From NCBI GenBank assembly GCA_944390285.1, contig CALXPN010000001.1, forward strand, positions 210,413 through 274,412: a stretch of 64,000 nt of DNA. Direction: 5' to 3'. Under the pieces are notes generated by a model. It searched no databases. It worked only from the letters and a program-made list of their open reading frames with translations, and was not told the origin of the DNA. This DNA is from an uncultured Clostridia bacterium (lineage in GTDB: Bacteria > Bacillota > Clostridia > TANB77 > CAG-508). This document shows, in pieces, positions 9,624 to 21,409 of this stretch. The stretch's first letter is position 1; every line of letters starts with the position of its first letter. Both the position numbers and the translations under genes were made by a program.

Positions 9624-10676
9624 TTACTCTTCTGGTTCTGTCTCTTCATCCTCTTCATCATTTTCTACCAAAGCATTTTCAAAAGCTTTATTAAAATTAT
9701 CCCTAACTTTCTTTTCTATTTCTTCCATAAATTGAGGATTTTCTAAAATATATCTTTTAACATTTTCACGTCCCTGTCCAATTTTGTTTCCATTATAACT
9801 AAACCATGAACCACTTTTTTCAATTATATCTAAATTAACTGCTAAATCTAACACACAACCTTCTTTAGATATTCCCTTTCCATATATTATATCAAATTCT
9901 GCTTCTCTAAATGGTGGTGCTACCTTATTTTTTACTACTTTTACTCTTGTCCTATTTCCAACTACTTCTCCATCTTGTTTTATAGACTCTATTCTTCTTA
10001 TATCCATTCTCACTGAAGCATAATACTTTAATGCTCTACCACCAGCTGTTGTTTCTGGATTTCCAAACATTACTCCAACTTTTTCTCTTAATTGGTTTAT
10101 AAAAATTATTGTTGCATTTGTTTTATTAATAGTTCCTGCTAATTTTCTCAACGCTTGTGACATTAATCTTGCTTGAAGTCCCACATGTGCATCTCCCATA
10201 TCACCATCGATTTCTGCCTTTGGAACTAAAGCTGCAACAGAATCCACAACCACAATATCTATTGCACCACTTCTTATTAAAGCCTCTGCTATTTCTAATG
10301 CTTGTTCTCCAGTATCTGGTTGAGAAACTATTAAATTATCTATATCTACTCCAATTTTTTTAGCATATGATGGATCTAAGGCATGTTCTGCATCTATAAA
10401 AGCTGCCTCTCCCCCTTTTTTTTGAGCTTCAGCTACTGCATGTAAAGCAAGTGTTGTTTTACCTGATGATTCTGGACCATATATTTCTATTATTCTTCCT
10501 CTTGGTATTCCACCTATTCCTAATGCTATATCCAAATTCAAAGCTCCTGTTGAAATTGCTTCTATATTCATTGACTTATAGTCTCCTAATTTCATAACAG
10601 AACCTTTTCCAAATTGTTTTTCTATTTGACTCATTGCAGCATCTAGTGCTTTTCTTTTTTCTTGATTGTCTCCCAT
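9624..10676 (-). CDS. recA: recombinase RecA
   Basis: Unambiguous RecA sequence: [22 protein letters not shown]2-region GNPETTAGG. Confidence 0.98.
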   Translation of the reverse strand: MGDNQEKRKALDAAMSQIEKQFGKGSVMKLGDYKSMNIEAISTGALNLDIALGIGGIPRGRIIEIYGPESSGKTTLALHAVAEAQKKGGEAAFIDAEHALDPSYAKKIGVDIDNLIVSQPDTGEQALEIAEALIRSGAIDIVVVDSVAALVPKAEIDGDMGDAHVGLQARLMSQALRKLAGTINKTNATIIFINQLREKVGVMFGNPETTAGGRALKYYASVRMDIRRIESIKQDGEVVGNRTRVKVVKNKVAPPFREAEFDIIYGKGISKEGCVLDLAVNLDIIEKSGSWFSYNGNKIGQGRENVKRYILENPQFMEEIEKKVRDNFNKAFENALVENDEEDEETEPEE

Positions 10677-10776
10677 ATTTTCCTCCTAATTAAACGAATT
10701 TTTGTTTGCAAAACTTATGTTCTTATTATACCCTTAATTTTTATTTTGTCAATACTTTTTTTATTTTTTTGTATAG

Positions 10777-12360
10777 TTATCTTCTATACCATTTTTCAAT
10801 ATTATGAAAAATATTAAAACTATTTGCTGTTATATTTCCAACTAATCCCTGATTATAAACTATAGTATTTGTATTTCTATATAACCCTATATAAGGTGCT
10901 TCTTCTAAATATATATCATATAATCTATTATATTTTTCATATAAAACATTTTCATCTGTTGTATTTGAAATAACGCTCATTAATTCTCTTACTTCATCAT
11001 TACTATAATTTGCTAAATTTCCATCTCCAAAAAAAGTATTTAAATTTGGAGAATATCCAAGCTTTATACCTATTATTGCTGCATCAAAATTTCTATTTGC
11101 TATAACTTCATTGTAATTTTCTGGTGACAAATAATTTATTGTTACAGGAATTGCAAAACCTGCTAGTTGATCTCTAATATTTTCTGCTACTGCTACTCTT
11201 GCAGAATTATTAGTATTTACGGTTAAAGAAAACTCTAATCTTTCTATACCATCTTCTGTTCTTTTTTGCCAAGAATTACTAGTTCTCTCCCAACCATCAT
11301 TATTCAATATTTGAGCAGCAGCTTCTGTATCTATTGAAACATTTAAATCTTTAGTATAAAGCCAATTTCCCATGTCTAAACTAAAATTAGATGGTGTATA
11401 ACCTTTTCCTAAACAATTTGCTACAAGAGCATTTTTATCTATTGCTAAACTTATAGCTTTTCTAACTGCTTGATTACTCATTATACCATTTGCAGTATTT
11501 AAAGTTATAAAATCATAATCTCTTTCTTTATATTCGATTTTATTATATCCCAAATTTCCAATATAGTTTTCTATATCATTTATTTTTACTGTTAAAATAT
11601 CTATTTCTCCATTTTTAAATGCAGCATAACATTCACCAATATTATTATACAAATTTATACTTACTTGTGTTGCCATTGGTTTATTATTTGAATTCCAATA
11701 TGTTTCATTAGGAACAAGCTTTATAACATTAGTACCCATTTCCGAAATCTTAAACATTCCTGTACCTGTTGGTACTTTCGTACTTGTAGCAAAATCTTCA
11801 CCTTCATAATATTTTTGGCACATTATAGGAAATGTTAAATTATATTCAAAAAAAGCTACTGGTTCTGTTAGAACAATTCTTAAAGTTGTACTATCAACCA
11901 CTTCTGCATCCATTATATAACGTACATTTTCTGAATAAATTGGACTAATTCCACCCTTTATCAAATCAATTGTAAATTTAACATCATCTGCTGTAAAATT
12001 ATTATTATCTTGCCATAATACTCCTTTTCTTAATTTTATTACATATGTTACATCATCTGTTTTTGCAATTTCTTCTGCTAAACAGTATTCTAATTTATAA
12101 TTTTCATTTAATGTTACTAATGGATCATATATAATTTTTGTAACTTCTTGTACATTTCTATTATTTGTTAGTAAAGGATTTATTGTATCTAATTGTGAAA
12201 TAGATAGTCTTAAATCTGTTTGAATATTAGAAAGAGTTGAAGTATGATCTAAATTAACATCTGATGAATCTGTTTTGTTCTGAATTATTACATATATTGT
12301 ATATCCAACTAAAAATACTACTACAATAGCAAATATATACTTAAAAACATTATTATTCAT
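10777..12360 (-). CDS. ABC transporter substrate-binding protein, family 5 (peptide/nickel type), orphan
   Basis: N-terminal signal anchor followed by a ~500-aa SBP_bac_5-like body. No permease or ATPase genes adjacent. Confidence 0.7.
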   Translation of the reverse strand: MNNNVFKYIFAIVVVFLVGYTIYVIIQNKTDSSDVNLDHTSTLSNIQTDLRLSISQLDTINPLLTNNRNVQEVTKIIYDPLVTLNENYKLEYCLAEEIAKTDDVTYVIKLRKGVLWQDNNNFTADDVKFTIDLIKGGISPIYSENVRYIMDAEVVDSTTLRIVLTEPVAFFEYNLTFPIMCQKYYEGEDFATSTKVPTGTGMFKISEMGTNVIKLVPNETYWNSNNKPMATQVSINLYNNIGECYAAFKNGEIDILTVKINDIENYIGNLGYNKIEYKERDYDFITLNTANGIMSNQAVRKAISLAIDKNALVANCLGKGYTPSNFSLDMGNWLYTKDLNVSIDTEAAAQILNNDGWERTSNSWQKRTEDGIERLEFSLTVNTNNSARVAVAENIRDQLAGFAIPVTINYLSPENYNEVIANRNFDAAIIGIKLGYSPNLNTFFGDGNLANYSNDEVRELMSVISNTTDENVLYEKYNRLYDIYLEEAPYIGLYRNTNTIVYNQGLVGNITANSFNIFHNIEKWYRR

Positions 12361-12530
12361 TTCTTAATTACCTTTCTATGGAATAATAATATATTATTTT
12401 TTTATTATTTTCAATAAAAAAATAAAAAAAGATGTTAATTTAAATAAATAATTATTAAATAATTACTATTTTATTAACACCTTTTTAGTATATAAAATTC
12501 ATATTTATAAATTCAAATTATTAATTCATA

Positions 12531-12794
12531 TTACTTCCTTGATTCTATTATCAATTTAATACCAGTTCTATCTTCTCCTTCCACTTGCACTTCTGCAAAT
12601 GCAGGGATACAAACTAAATCTACACCAGCTGGTGCTACAAATCCTCTTGCTATTGCAACTGCTTTTATTGCTTGGTTTAAAGCTCCTGCTCCTATTGCTT
12701 GCATCTCTGCCCTTGTACTTTCTTTAACCAAACCTGCTATAGCTCCTGCAACTGAATTTGGGTTTGATTTTGATGAAATTTTTAAAACTTCCAT
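12531..12794 (-). CDS. spoVS: stage V sporulation protein S
   Basis: MEVLKISSKSNPNSVAGAIAG...AIGAGALNQAIKAVAIARGF is the highly conserved SpoVS sequence; 87 aa. Confidence 0.95.
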   Translation of the reverse strand: MEVLKISSKSNPNSVAGAIAGLVKESTRAEMQAIGAGALNQAIKAVAIARGFVAPAGVDLVCIPAFAEVQVEGEDRTGIKLIIESRK

Positions 12795-13046
12795 TTTTTC
12801 TTTCCTCCTATTAATTTTATTTTATCTTGTGTTTCGATGTGATTATTTTACAACAATAAAATTTTAAAGTCTATACTTTTTAGTTAATTCACTAAAGTTT
12901 CGTATGCCAGTTTTCTACAGTTTTTTCAAGCTTTTTGTCGGTTTATGTCTTAAGTTTTATAACTTGATTTTATTCACTATTTTTTTGAATTTTTCGACTA
13001 TTTTTTTACATAAATCTAAAAGACTTTTTAATATTAACATCAAACA

Positions 13047-13085
13047 AAAAAGTGAGACAATTTCACAGAAAATATCTCACTTTTT
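13047..13085 (-). terminator. terminator after the ymdB-like gene
   Basis: Stem AAAAAGTGAGA/TCTCACTTTTT with trailing T-rich sequence on the minus strand. Confidence 0.7.
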
Positions 13086-13101
13086 CCTTTATATTTAGGT
13101 T

Positions 13102-13875
13102 CTATTTATTTATTCTTTCTACTTTTTCAACTTTATTTGTTTTATCATTAATTTCAAACATACAAGAATTAAATTTTCCTTCAGAATCTGAAGATAATTT
13201 ATATCTTTCTGGTAATGATGTAGCAAATCTTTTTAAAGAAACTTCCACATCCATTCCTATAACAGATCTTTTAGGGCCTGTCATACCAATATCTGTAATA
13301 TATGCTGTTCCCTTTTCTAAAATTATCTCATCAGCTGTTTGAACATGTGTATGAGTTCCAAATACAATTGTAGCTCTTCCATCTAAATAATATCCTAATG
13401 CTATCTTTTCTGCAGTTGCTTCTGCATGAAAATCAACAATAATAATATCTGTAACATCTTTTATTTCATTTATAATTTCATCTACCACTAAAAATGGATT
13501 CTCAGAAAGTACTGTCATTGTTGTTCTTCCTATTAAATTTATTACTGCTATATTCTTTCCTTTACACTCATATATATTATATCCTTTTCCTGGATTATTT
13601 AATGGATAATTAGCCGGTCTTATTATTTGTTTGTGGTCTATAAAATTAAATATTTCTTTTTTTCCCCATGTATGGTTTCCCATTGTTACAACATTTACAC
13701 CTAAAGACAAAATTTCTCTATACATTTTCTCTGTAATTCCCATTCCATCTGCTGCATTTTCACCATTTACAATAATAAAATCTATATTTTTTTCTTTTAT
13801 TAAATTAGGTAATATACTTTTAAGTTTTTGAAGTCCTGTTTTTCCAACAATATCTCCTACTGCTAAAATTCTCAC
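13102..13875 (-). CDS. ymdB: YmdB-like metallophosphoesterase (2',3'-cyclic-nucleotide phosphodiesterase family)
   Basis: RILAVGDIVG, GENAADG and GNHTW metallophosphoesterase motifs. Start moved to GTG at 13875, which has AAGGAG 8 nt upstream; the track start at 13929 has no RBS. Confidence 0.85.
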   Translation of the reverse strand: MRILAVGDIVGKTGLQKLKSILPNLIKEKNIDFIIVNGENAADGMGITEKMYREILSLGVNVVTMGNHTWGKKEIFNFIDHKQIIRPANYPLNNPGKGYNIYECKGKNIAVINLIGRTTMTVLSENPFLVVDEIINEIKDVTDIIIVDFHAEATAEKIALGYYLDGRATIVFGTHTHVQTADEIILEKGTAYITDIGMTGPKRSVIGMDVEVSLKRFATSLPERYKLSSDSEGKFNSCMFEINDKTNKVEKVERINK

Positions 13876-13960
13876 TTTAAAATTCTCCTTATATACTAAT
13901 TTTGCATATATTTTAACACATAAAAACAATATTGTGAAGTTATTTTATTTACAATTATAA

Positions 13961-13990
13961 AAACAGTCACCTCCAGAGAGATGACTGTTT
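13961..13990 (-). terminator. terminator after the GH13 gene
   Basis: Stem AAACAGTCA/TGACTGTTT followed by TTTTTATAAT on the minus strand. Confidence 0.7.
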
Positions 13991-14008
13991 GCATAATTAA
14001 GACAATAT

Positions 14009-15934
14009 TCAGTTATTCAATTTTATTACTACTGCTTCTCCTCCAGGAATTATCTCTGGATTTTTTGTACTTTCATTATAGGAAAATACAATTTCACCAT
14101 TGCTATAGTATTTATTTTCTATAGCATAATCATTCCAATTTTTTATAATAACTAAGTTTTTCCATTTGTACATGATTACTTCTTTATCACAAAAAATTGG
14201 TTCAAAATTCCTAGAATCTGAGAAAATTTCTCTGTAATTCATTCTAAAAAGTCCTATCTGTACATAGAACTCAAGCATCTTTTCTCCATAGTCTTCTGAA
14301 TTTGAAAAAACAGATTTATACTCTTTAAGTGTTCCTTTTTGTACAAGCTCAATAAGCTTTTCAACAATCATATTATAACTTTCCCATGGAAAAGTTTTTC
14401 TGTTGAAAGGATCTATTAATCCATTCATAAAAACTTCATCACCCGCAAAAACAGATGGAACACCAGGAGAAGTATATTGCAAGAAAATCGCATCTCTTGC
14501 TAAATTAAATGCTTTTTCCTTATCTTCATCTGGAACACTATCAGCTCCTTTTTCATATGTTCTGAATTTAAGAGTATCCATATTTCCATCATACCATCTT
14601 GGATCTTTGTCTATATCACACATTTTTTCATACTCTACGCCATTTTCAACAGCATCCTTCATTAAAGGATTTGTCATCATATTTGGAAGTCTCGCTGTAT
14701 CATGACTTGTTAAAAAAATGGGTGACACATCAAGTGCCATTGGTGGATATAAAGTAAATACATTCTGGAAAACTTTAAGAAAATTTTCCACATTTCTAAA
14801 ACGAACATACCTGAGTATCATATTTCCAAACTGATAGTTCATTAATGCATGTGTTTTATTTCCTGTTAAATATTCTCTTCCATCATTGTTATTTACTCCA
14901 TTTTTCCAAACTTCTCCACAAATAAATGGAGTTCTTTTAAATATAAACTCCAATACCTTATCTGGTAGTTCATCCATCACATCTATCCTGACTCCGTCAC
15001 AATAGTGTGAATATAGTCTCAACCATTTTTCCCAATAGTCATAATATACATCACTATCTGTGTCAAATTTCCTAAGATGTGGATAATCCCACCAACATTC
15101 TGGTATGGTTTTTTCAGCATCCTTCCATTTATACATTTCTGGATGCTTTTGAATTAATGGATTATTAGGTCCAGAGTGATTTGGTACTATGTCGAGTATC
15201 AATTTCATTCCTCTTTTTTTGCACTCTTTGTGCAAAAGTTCCAGATCATCCCATGAACCAATAAATTTGCTTACCGCTTCATAATCATCAATGGAATATC
15301 CATCTTGATATTCTGATTTAAAGATTGGTGAAAGAAATATTACAGTTACTGAAAGAGCTTGCAAATAATCCAATTTGCTTATAATTCCTTTCAAGTTTCC
15401 ACCATATCTCTGATTATTCCGATATATTCCATCTGGATCTGGTTTCCATTTTGGAAAAGTATCCCAACTTACCACCTTTAAGTTTTCCGGTAAGTCTTCT
15501 GAACAAAAGGTATCTACATAAATATGATACCATATTCCTCCTTTCATATCATCTGGTGTTTCAAAATCTTTGAGATATACAAACATCTGCCAAAAATTAC
15601 CACCATTGTTTGAAATTATACCTTCATTATACAATTTACCACATTTAAGTTCAGTATAATTTCCATTCAAATTCAGTTTTATGAAAAATGTTCTGTATCC
15701 TGGCTGGCTAAAAACGGTTTCTCCAATAAAACTACTATAAGTTTCATTAGAATTTTCTTCACTATACGTTAAAAAAATCCTTTTTTCAGCACCAGGCTCT
15801 TCTCCTCTTCTGTTAAAGAGAACTTCTACATCTTCCACAAACCCTAATCGATTTGGCATCCGCAGATTAATCTCAAATCTTTCATCAGTTTTTACTGATG
15901 AATTAAAAGTAACATGAATTTTGCCCCCATGCAT
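14009..15934 (-). CDS. glycoside hydrolase family 13 (alpha-amylase superfamily; neopullulanase/cyclomaltodextrinase-like)
   Basis: GH13 regions I-IV: DIVPNHSG, GVRIDVMDE, GEVW, FLTSHD. No signal peptide. Confidence 0.85.
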   Translation of the reverse strand: MHGGKIHVTFNSSVKTDERFEINLRMPNRLGFVEDVEVLFNRRGEEPGAEKRIFLTYSEENSNETYSSFIGETVFSQPGYRTFFIKLNLNGNYTELKCGKLYNEGIISNNGGNFWQMFVYLKDFETPDDMKGGIWYHIYVDTFCSEDLPENLKVVSWDTFPKWKPDPDGIYRNNQRYGGNLKGIISKLDYLQALSVTVIFLSPIFKSEYQDGYSIDDYEAVSKFIGSWDDLELLHKECKKRGMKLILDIVPNHSGPNNPLIQKHPEMYKWKDAEKTIPECWWDYPHLRKFDTDSDVYYDYWEKWLRLYSHYCDGVRIDVMDELPDKVLEFIFKRTPFICGEVWKNGVNNNDGREYLTGNKTHALMNYQFGNMILRYVRFRNVENFLKVFQNVFTLYPPMALDVSPIFLTSHDTARLPNMMTNPLMKDAVENGVEYEKMCDIDKDPRWYDGNMDTLKFRTYEKGADSVPDEDKEKAFNLARDAIFLQYTSPGVPSVFAGDEVFMNGLIDPFNRKTFPWESYNMIVEKLIELVQKGTLKEYKSVFSNSEDYGEKMLEFYVQIGLFRMNYREIFSDSRNFEPIFCDKEVIMYKWKNLVIIKNWNDYAIENKYYSNGEIVFSYNESTKNPEIIPGGEAVVIKLNN

Positions 15935-16162
15935 AGTAAAAACCTCCTTAATCTAAGCAATGTTTTTAGTTTCATCTATATATAAAAAACGGCATCGTTT
16001 TCACTTACAATTTATTACCATTTTTCCTTTTTGTCAAGAAAATTCTAAAAATGTAATATTATATTTTCTATATTAAATATATAAAAAAATATTATAAATA
16101 TCGTTTGAAAATTTATTTAACCTTTTAGATATTTATAATATTTTTTTATATTTATTTAATTA

Positions 16163-17671
16163 TTATAATCCTGAATCATAATCTTTTAAAACAACATCAT
16201 GTGCTCCGCCTTCTTTTATACTTACACTAGATACCATTGTTAATCTTGCTTTTTTATGTAATTCTTTTATTGTTATAGAACCACAATTACACATAGTTGA
16301 CTTTATTTTTGCAACTGTTACATCTACATTTTCTTTTAAAGTTCCAGCATATGGTATGTAAGAATCGACACCTTCTTCAAATGTTAATTTATTTTTAGCT
16401 TCTCCTCCTAAGTCATATCTTTGCCAGTTTCTTGCTCTATTTGAGCCTTCACCCCAATATTCTTTCATAAATGTTCCATTTCTTTTTACTTTTCTTGATG
16501 GACTTTCATCAAATCTCGCAAAATATCTTCCCATCATAACAAAATCTGCGCCCATTGCAAGTGCAAGTGTTATATGATAATCATGTACAATTCCTCCATC
16601 AGAACAAATTGGAATATATATACCTGTTCTTTCAAAATATTCATCTCTTGCTGAAACTACATCCATTAAACTAGATGCTTGTCCTCTACCAATTCCTTTT
16701 GTTTCACGTGTTATGCAGATTGAACCTCCACCTACACCTACTTTTATAAAATCAGCTCCAGCTTCTGCTAAATAATAAAATCCTTCTTTATCAATAACAT
16801 TTCCTGCACCTATTTTTACAGAATCTCCATATTTTTCTCTTACCCAGTCTATTGTTTTTTTCTGCCATACAGAATAACCATCTGAAGAATCCATGCAAAG
16901 AATATCTACTCCGGCATCTACTAAAGCTGGTATTCTTTCTGCATAATCTCTTGTATTTATTCCTGCACCAACAAAAAATCTTTTATGTTCATCTAATAAA
17001 GAGTTTGGATTTTCTTTATCTGATTCATAATCTTTTCTAAATACTAAAGAATCTAAATTATCATTTTCATCTAAAATAGGTACACAACTAATTTTATGTT
17101 CCCATATTAAATCATTTGCATCATGAAGTGATATTCCTTTTCTTGCAAAAACAATTTTTTCTTTTGGAACCATATATTTACTTACAGGTTCATCTAAATT
17201 TACTCTTGAAATTCTAAAATCTTTATCTGTAACTAATCCAAGAAATTTTCCATTGGCTGTTCCATCTTCTGTTATCATAACAGTCGAATGTCCTGTTTTT
17301 TCAATTAATTTTCTTAATTCCCCTATTGTTGTATCACTTGTAACATTTGAATCACTAGTGATAAAACCTGCTTTATATTTTTTTACATTTCTTATCATTT
17401 GAGCTTGTTCTTCTATTGTTTGCGCTCCATATACGAAAGAACAACCTCCTTCTCTTGCAAGTGCAATCGCCATTTTTTCTCCTGAAACAGATTGCATGAT
17501 TGCAGAAACCATTGGTAAATTTGCACTATACTTTGGTTCTTCACCCTTTTTAAATTTTACAAGTGGTGTTTTTAAACTAACATTTGTAGGTATGCATCTT
17601 TCATCTGTTAAATTCGGCAATAGTAAAAATTCATTAAATGTTCTTGAAACATCTTTTAAAACTTCAGCCAT
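16163..17671 (-). CDS. guaB: IMP dehydrogenase family protein
   Basis: TIM-barrel IMPDH core with a CBS pair insert and catalytic loop [10 protein letters not shown]; ~500 aa. Confidence 0.8.
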   Translation of the reverse strand: MAEVLKDVSRTFNEFLLLPNLTDERCIPTNVSLKTPLVKFKKGEEPKYSANLPMVSAIMQSVSGEKMAIALAREGGCSFVYGAQTIEEQAQMIRNVKKYKAGFITSDSNVTSDTTIGELRKLIEKTGHSTVMITEDGTANGKFLGLVTDKDFRISRVNLDEPVSKYMVPKEKIVFARKGISLHDANDLIWEHKISCVPILDENDNLDSLVFRKDYESDKENPNSLLDEHKRFFVGAGINTRDYAERIPALVDAGVDILCMDSSDGYSVWQKKTIDWVREKYGDSVKIGAGNVIDKEGFYYLAEAGADFIKVGVGGGSICITRETKGIGRGQASSLMDVVSARDEYFERTGIYIPICSDGGIVHDYHITLALAMGADFVMMGRYFARFDESPSRKVKRNGTFMKEYWGEGSNRARNWQRYDLGGEAKNKLTFEEGVDSYIPYAGTLKENVDVTVAKIKSTMCNCGSITIKELHKKARLTMVSSVSIKEGGAHDVVLKDYDSGL

Positions 17672-17705
17672 TTTTGAAAACCTCCTATTTTTAAATTATT
17701 TTAAT

Positions 17706-17734
17706 ATTATATAAAAATTTTATATAAAAATCAA
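17706..17734 (-). promoter_or_regulatory. candidate promoter of the IMPDH gene
   Basis: On the minus strand: TTGATT (17734-17729), 17-nt spacer, TATAAT (17711-17706). Confidence 0.4.
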
Positions 17735-17823
17735 TACAAAATTAAGTGTTTTGTCGAAAATTGTTGAAAATTTAAACCCTAATTATTCAAACCTTTGTTT
17801 AATAATTAGGGTTTACTTAAATT

Positions 17824-19056
17824 TTAAAGTTCTTTTTTTATTCTTCTAATAGCTTCCATAGTATTTTCTTTAGTTCCAAAAGCAGTTAATCTAAAATATC
17901 CTTCTCCACTTGGTCCAAATCCCACTCCTGGAGTACCTACTACATTTGCTTTATTTAATAATTTATCAAAAAATTCCCATGAAGTTAGTCCTTCTGGTAC
18001 TTTAAGCCATATATATGGTGCATTAATTCCTCCATAAACTGTATATCCTGCTTCTTGCAAACCTTCTTTTATAATTTTAGCATTATTCATATAATATTCA
18101 ATGTTTTCTTTTATTTGTTTTTGTCCTTCTTCTGAATATACTGCTTCTGCTGCTCTTTGAACTGGATATGAAACTCCATTAAATTTTGTTCCATGCCTTC
18201 TATTCCATAAAGCATTTAATTCAATTTCTTTTCCATCTTTAGTATAACCTTTCAAGTTTTTAGGAACTACAGTATAAGCACATCTTATTCCTGTAAAACC
18301 TGCTGTTTTTGAAAAACTTCTAAATTCTATTGCAACATCTTTTGCTCCTTCTATTTCATAAATTGTATGAGGTACATCTTCCTCTGAAATGAATGCTTCA
18401 TATGCTGAATCAAACAATATAATAGATTTATTTTGTTTTGCATAATCAACCCATTTTTTTAAATCTTTTTTATTAAGTGTTGTACCTGTTGGATTATTTG
18501 GAAAACATAAATAAATCATATCTGGTACTTTTTTTGGGAATTCTGGAACAAAATTATTTTCAGCAGTTGCTGGAATATATATAATATTTTCATACATTCC
18601 TGTTTTTTCATTATATTCACCACTTCTTCCAGCCATAACATTTGTATCCAAATATACAGGATACACTGGGTCAGTAATTGCAACAACATTATCTATTCCA
18701 AAAATATCTCCTATATTTCCACAGTCACATTTTGCTCCATCTGATACAAAAATTTCATCTATATCAATATTTACACCTCTTTTTTTGTAATCATTTTCTG
18801 ATATTTTTTCTCTTAGAAATTCATATCCTTGTTCTGGTCCATATCCTCTAAATGTTTCTTGTTTTCCCATTTCTTCAACAGCCTTATGCATTGCTTCTAT
18901 AATTTTTGGTGCTATTGGACGAGTTACATCTCCTATTCCTAGTTTTATAATCCTTTTATCTGGATTATTTTTTTGAAATTCTGCTACCTTTTTTGCTATT
19001 GTAGAAAAAAGATAACTATCTTGTAAATTTAAAAAATTTTCATTTATATTAATCAT
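17824..19056 (-). CDS. dapL: LL-diaminopimelate aminotransferase
   Basis: N-terminal [23 protein letters not shown] and PLP-lysine context [10 protein letters not shown] are typical of DapL. Start set to ATG 19056, which is preceded by GGAGG. Confidence 0.85.
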   Translation of the reverse strand: MININENFLNLQDSYLFSTIAKKVAEFQKNNPDKRIIKLGIGDVTRPIAPKIIEAMHKAVEEMGKQETFRGYGPEQGYEFLREKISENDYKKRGVNIDIDEIFVSDGAKCDCGNIGDIFGIDNVVAITDPVYPVYLDTNVMAGRSGEYNEKTGMYENIIYIPATAENNFVPEFPKKVPDMIYLCFPNNPTGTTLNKKDLKKWVDYAKQNKSIILFDSAYEAFISEEDVPHTIYEIEGAKDVAIEFRSFSKTAGFTGIRCAYTVVPKNLKGYTKDGKEIELNALWNRRHGTKFNGVSYPVQRAAEAVYSEEGQKQIKENIEYYMNNAKIIKEGLQEAGYTVYGGINAPYIWLKVPEGLTSWEFFDKLLNKANVVGTPGVGFGPSGEGYFRLTAFGTKENTMEAIRRIKKEL

Positions 19057-19083
19057 ATTTTCCTCCATATGACTTTAATAAAA

Positions 19084-19118
19084 AAAGAAATAAATTATTA
19101 TTTCTAATTTATTTCTTT
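19084..19118 (-). terminator. terminator after holA
   Basis: 13-bp AT-rich stem AAAGAAATAAATT/AATTTATTTCTTT followed by a T-run on the minus strand. Confidence 0.6.
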
Positions 19119-19195
19119 ATATCATTTTACACAACTTTTTTCAAGAGAATTTATATTGATTGTATTAAATATTATTTTTTAAATCTTTATTTTAA

Positions 19196-20212
19196 CTAAC
19201 CACAATAATTACACAAAATACTTCTTAGTCCAACATCTATATCTATTTTTCCATTTTTAGAATTATAATCTAAATCTATGAAAGCTCTCAAGATTTGTTT
19301 AAGTTCTTCTTGTTTAAAATGTGAAGCTTGTTTCTTATATTTAGTTATTAAAAAAGTTTGATTAGGTCTTAAACTTAATGAATTTACTATATCCTTATTT
19401 AAACTAACAGCAATACTACATAAATATAGTTTTTTAAAATGATTATATAAAGTTATTAATATTTTTTGAAGTGGCTCTCTTTGATAAATTAAATTATCTA
19501 AAACATCCAAAGCTTTGTCAATTTTTCTAACAGCTAAGTTATCTGTTAATTCAAAAATTACACTTTCCATTTGCTTTACTGCCAAACTATTAACATCCTC
19601 AATAGTTATTGTACCATTTTCTCCAGCATATTCTATTAATTTTCTAATCTCATTAATCAAATTTTGTAAATTTGTTCCTGATATTTCTACTAAATAATTT
19701 AGAGTTTTTTCATCGCAATTTACTTTATATAGCACACATATTTGTTTTAATTTTTTTACTAATTGCACTTGTTTTAATTCTTCAATATTACAAATAATAC
19801 CATTTTTTTCTATTACTTCATATACAATATTTTTATCTACTTCTATTTCTGAGAAAATAAGTATTACAGAATCATTAATAATTTCCATATTATTTTTTAT
19901 AAATTCCGCAATTTTTTCTTGAATAGGTGAACCATTTTTTTTTCTTCCATCTTTTTTAAATAATCCGGAATTTTTTACAATTATTAATTTTTTATCATAT
20001 CCAAATGCAGGCATTTCAATACTTGGAATAATTTCTTCTATATTTGTATCATCTATTAAAATATAATTTATTCCAAGTATTTTTTCACCAAATTTCTTTT
20101 TTATTTTGTTTATTACTGTTTCTACTAAATATTGTTCTTCTCCATAAAACAAATATAGTGATTTGATTTCATTTTCTATACTCTTATTTAGGGTATCATA
20201 ATTTAAATTCAT
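19196..20212 (-). CDS. holA: DNA polymerase III delta subunit
   Basis: 338 aa; N-terminal YLFYGEEQYL and overall HolA-like helical organisation. Confidence 0.7.
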   Translation of the reverse strand: MNLNYDTLNKSIENEIKSLYLFYGEEQYLVETVINKIKKKFGEKILGINYILIDDTNIEEIIPSIEMPAFGYDKKLIIVKNSGLFKKDGRKKNGSPIQEKIAEFIKNNMEIINDSVILIFSEIEVDKNIVYEVIEKNGIICNIEELKQVQLVKKLKQICVLYKVNCDEKTLNYLVEISGTNLQNLINEIRKLIEYAGENGTITIEDVNSLAVKQMESVIFELTDNLAVRKIDKALDVLDNLIYQREPLQKILITLYNHFKKLYLCSIAVSLNKDIVNSLSLRPNQTFLITKYKKQASHFKQEELKQILRAFIDLDYNSKNGKIDIDVGLRSILCNYCG

Positions 20213-20296
20213 ATATTACCTCTTTAAATTATTTTTTATTAGTATATCATAAATTTTCTAATTATCAATATAAAACTTTTTATTTAAAACAGCAAA

Positions 20297-20332
20297 AATG
20301 CGGAAAAGCAAATCAAATTACTTTTCCGCATT
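20297..20332 (-). terminator. terminator after the MYG1 gene
   Basis: 12-bp stem AATGCGGAAAAG/CTTTTCCGCATT followed by TTTTGCTGTTTT on the minus strand. Confidence 0.8.
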
Positions 20333-20354
20333 CTCATGATTATTCAGTTATAAT

Positions 20355-21284
20355 TTACATATTCATTGCGAGCTCACACATTTTTATAACGGATTCTTTA
20401 GTTTTTGCTCTCACAAAAAAACGTCCATTGTGACAAAATGTTGCATCTTTTATACCAGATATTTCTGGCAAAGTTTTCTCATTTCCACCAGCCCATTCTC
20501 TCGGAAATGGAACAAGCTGTCCAAACTCATCTTCCATAGACGGTGGTACAGCTTGAGCTGCCCAACCACCTGTTGGATATGGGAACATAACAAATTTCAC
20601 TTCATTGTCATGACTTTTATTATGCTCCACCACAATTTCTGTCCACGTCATGTTCTGTGCAGGAATTTGCAGAATTCCATTTTCCACCTGAGAAAGTTTC
20701 CTTGTTAAGTCCGTTTTAATTTTTATCTTCATTCCCATGGACTTAATAGTAGCCTTTAAGATTTTAACAACCACATTTTCTACTATCTCAAAACATTCGT
20801 CAAAATCCGGCTCTTTTACAAGATATGAAGGCAGGAAATCCGGAATAAATGAAAATCTATGCTTATTCTTTCCTTCTCCATTATCTTCTAAATCAACAGG
20901 AAGAATTATTTCTATATCGATTTGAGCTTTAAGATTTTCAAGCTCATCTCTTGTCATAGAAACATTTTCTTCTGCCATAACATTTTTTATGGCTTCATCA
21001 GCAAATGTCCGCCATACGAGACCAGCACTTGCGTACTTTTCTCCAGTTGGGCGTCTGGTGTTGAAATTTGACATATGATGATCATATTCACCACCACCTA
21101 CGTCAATTACTAGATACAAATTTTTTAATATCTCTGTATCTCTTGTCCTCACCACATATTTTTCTGATATGTTCATATGCGCTAATTCCAAAATTGCAAT
21201 TCCTACGACTTCATCACAATGGAAAATCCCATTATGTGTGCCGAAGTTTACTGCTCCTTTCCGTGCATGTTTTACAACTCTCAT
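20355..21284 (-). CDS. MYG1 (UPF0160) family metal-dependent hydrolase
   Basis: GTHNGIFHCDEVVG and YDHH motifs of the MYG1 family. Start at the third ATG (21284), 9 nt after GGAGG. Confidence 0.75.
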   Translation of the reverse strand: MRVVKHARKGAVNFGTHNGIFHCDEVVGIAILELAHMNISEKYVVRTRDTEILKNLYLVIDVGGGEYDHHMSNFNTRRPTGEKYASAGLVWRTFADEAIKNVMAEENVSMTRDELENLKAQIDIEIILPVDLEDNGEGKNKHRFSFIPDFLPSYLVKEPDFDECFEIVENVVVKILKATIKSMGMKIKIKTDLTRKLSQVENGILQIPAQNMTWTEIVVEHNKSHDNEVKFVMFPYPTGGWAAQAVPPSMEDEFGQLVPFPREWAGGNEKTLPEISGIKDATFCHNGRFFVRAKTKESVIKMCELAMNM

Positions 21285-21409
21285 AATCATATACCTCCTT
21301 TTATTAGTTGCAAACTTTGTAATGTACTAGCCTAAAACGGAGAACTCACCTTCTTTCATTAGAAAAATAGGCTAATGACATAGCATTTATAAATTTCCAT
21401 GTCATATTT

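Noticed and set aside
17672-19195. Possible purine riboswitch upstream of guaB or lysine riboswitch/T-box upstream of dapL
   Set aside because: The guaB leader is short and lacks the conserved purine-aptamer sequences. The holA-dapL gap (~140 nt) is filled by the holA terminator and the dapL RBS, leaving no room for an L-box or T-box.
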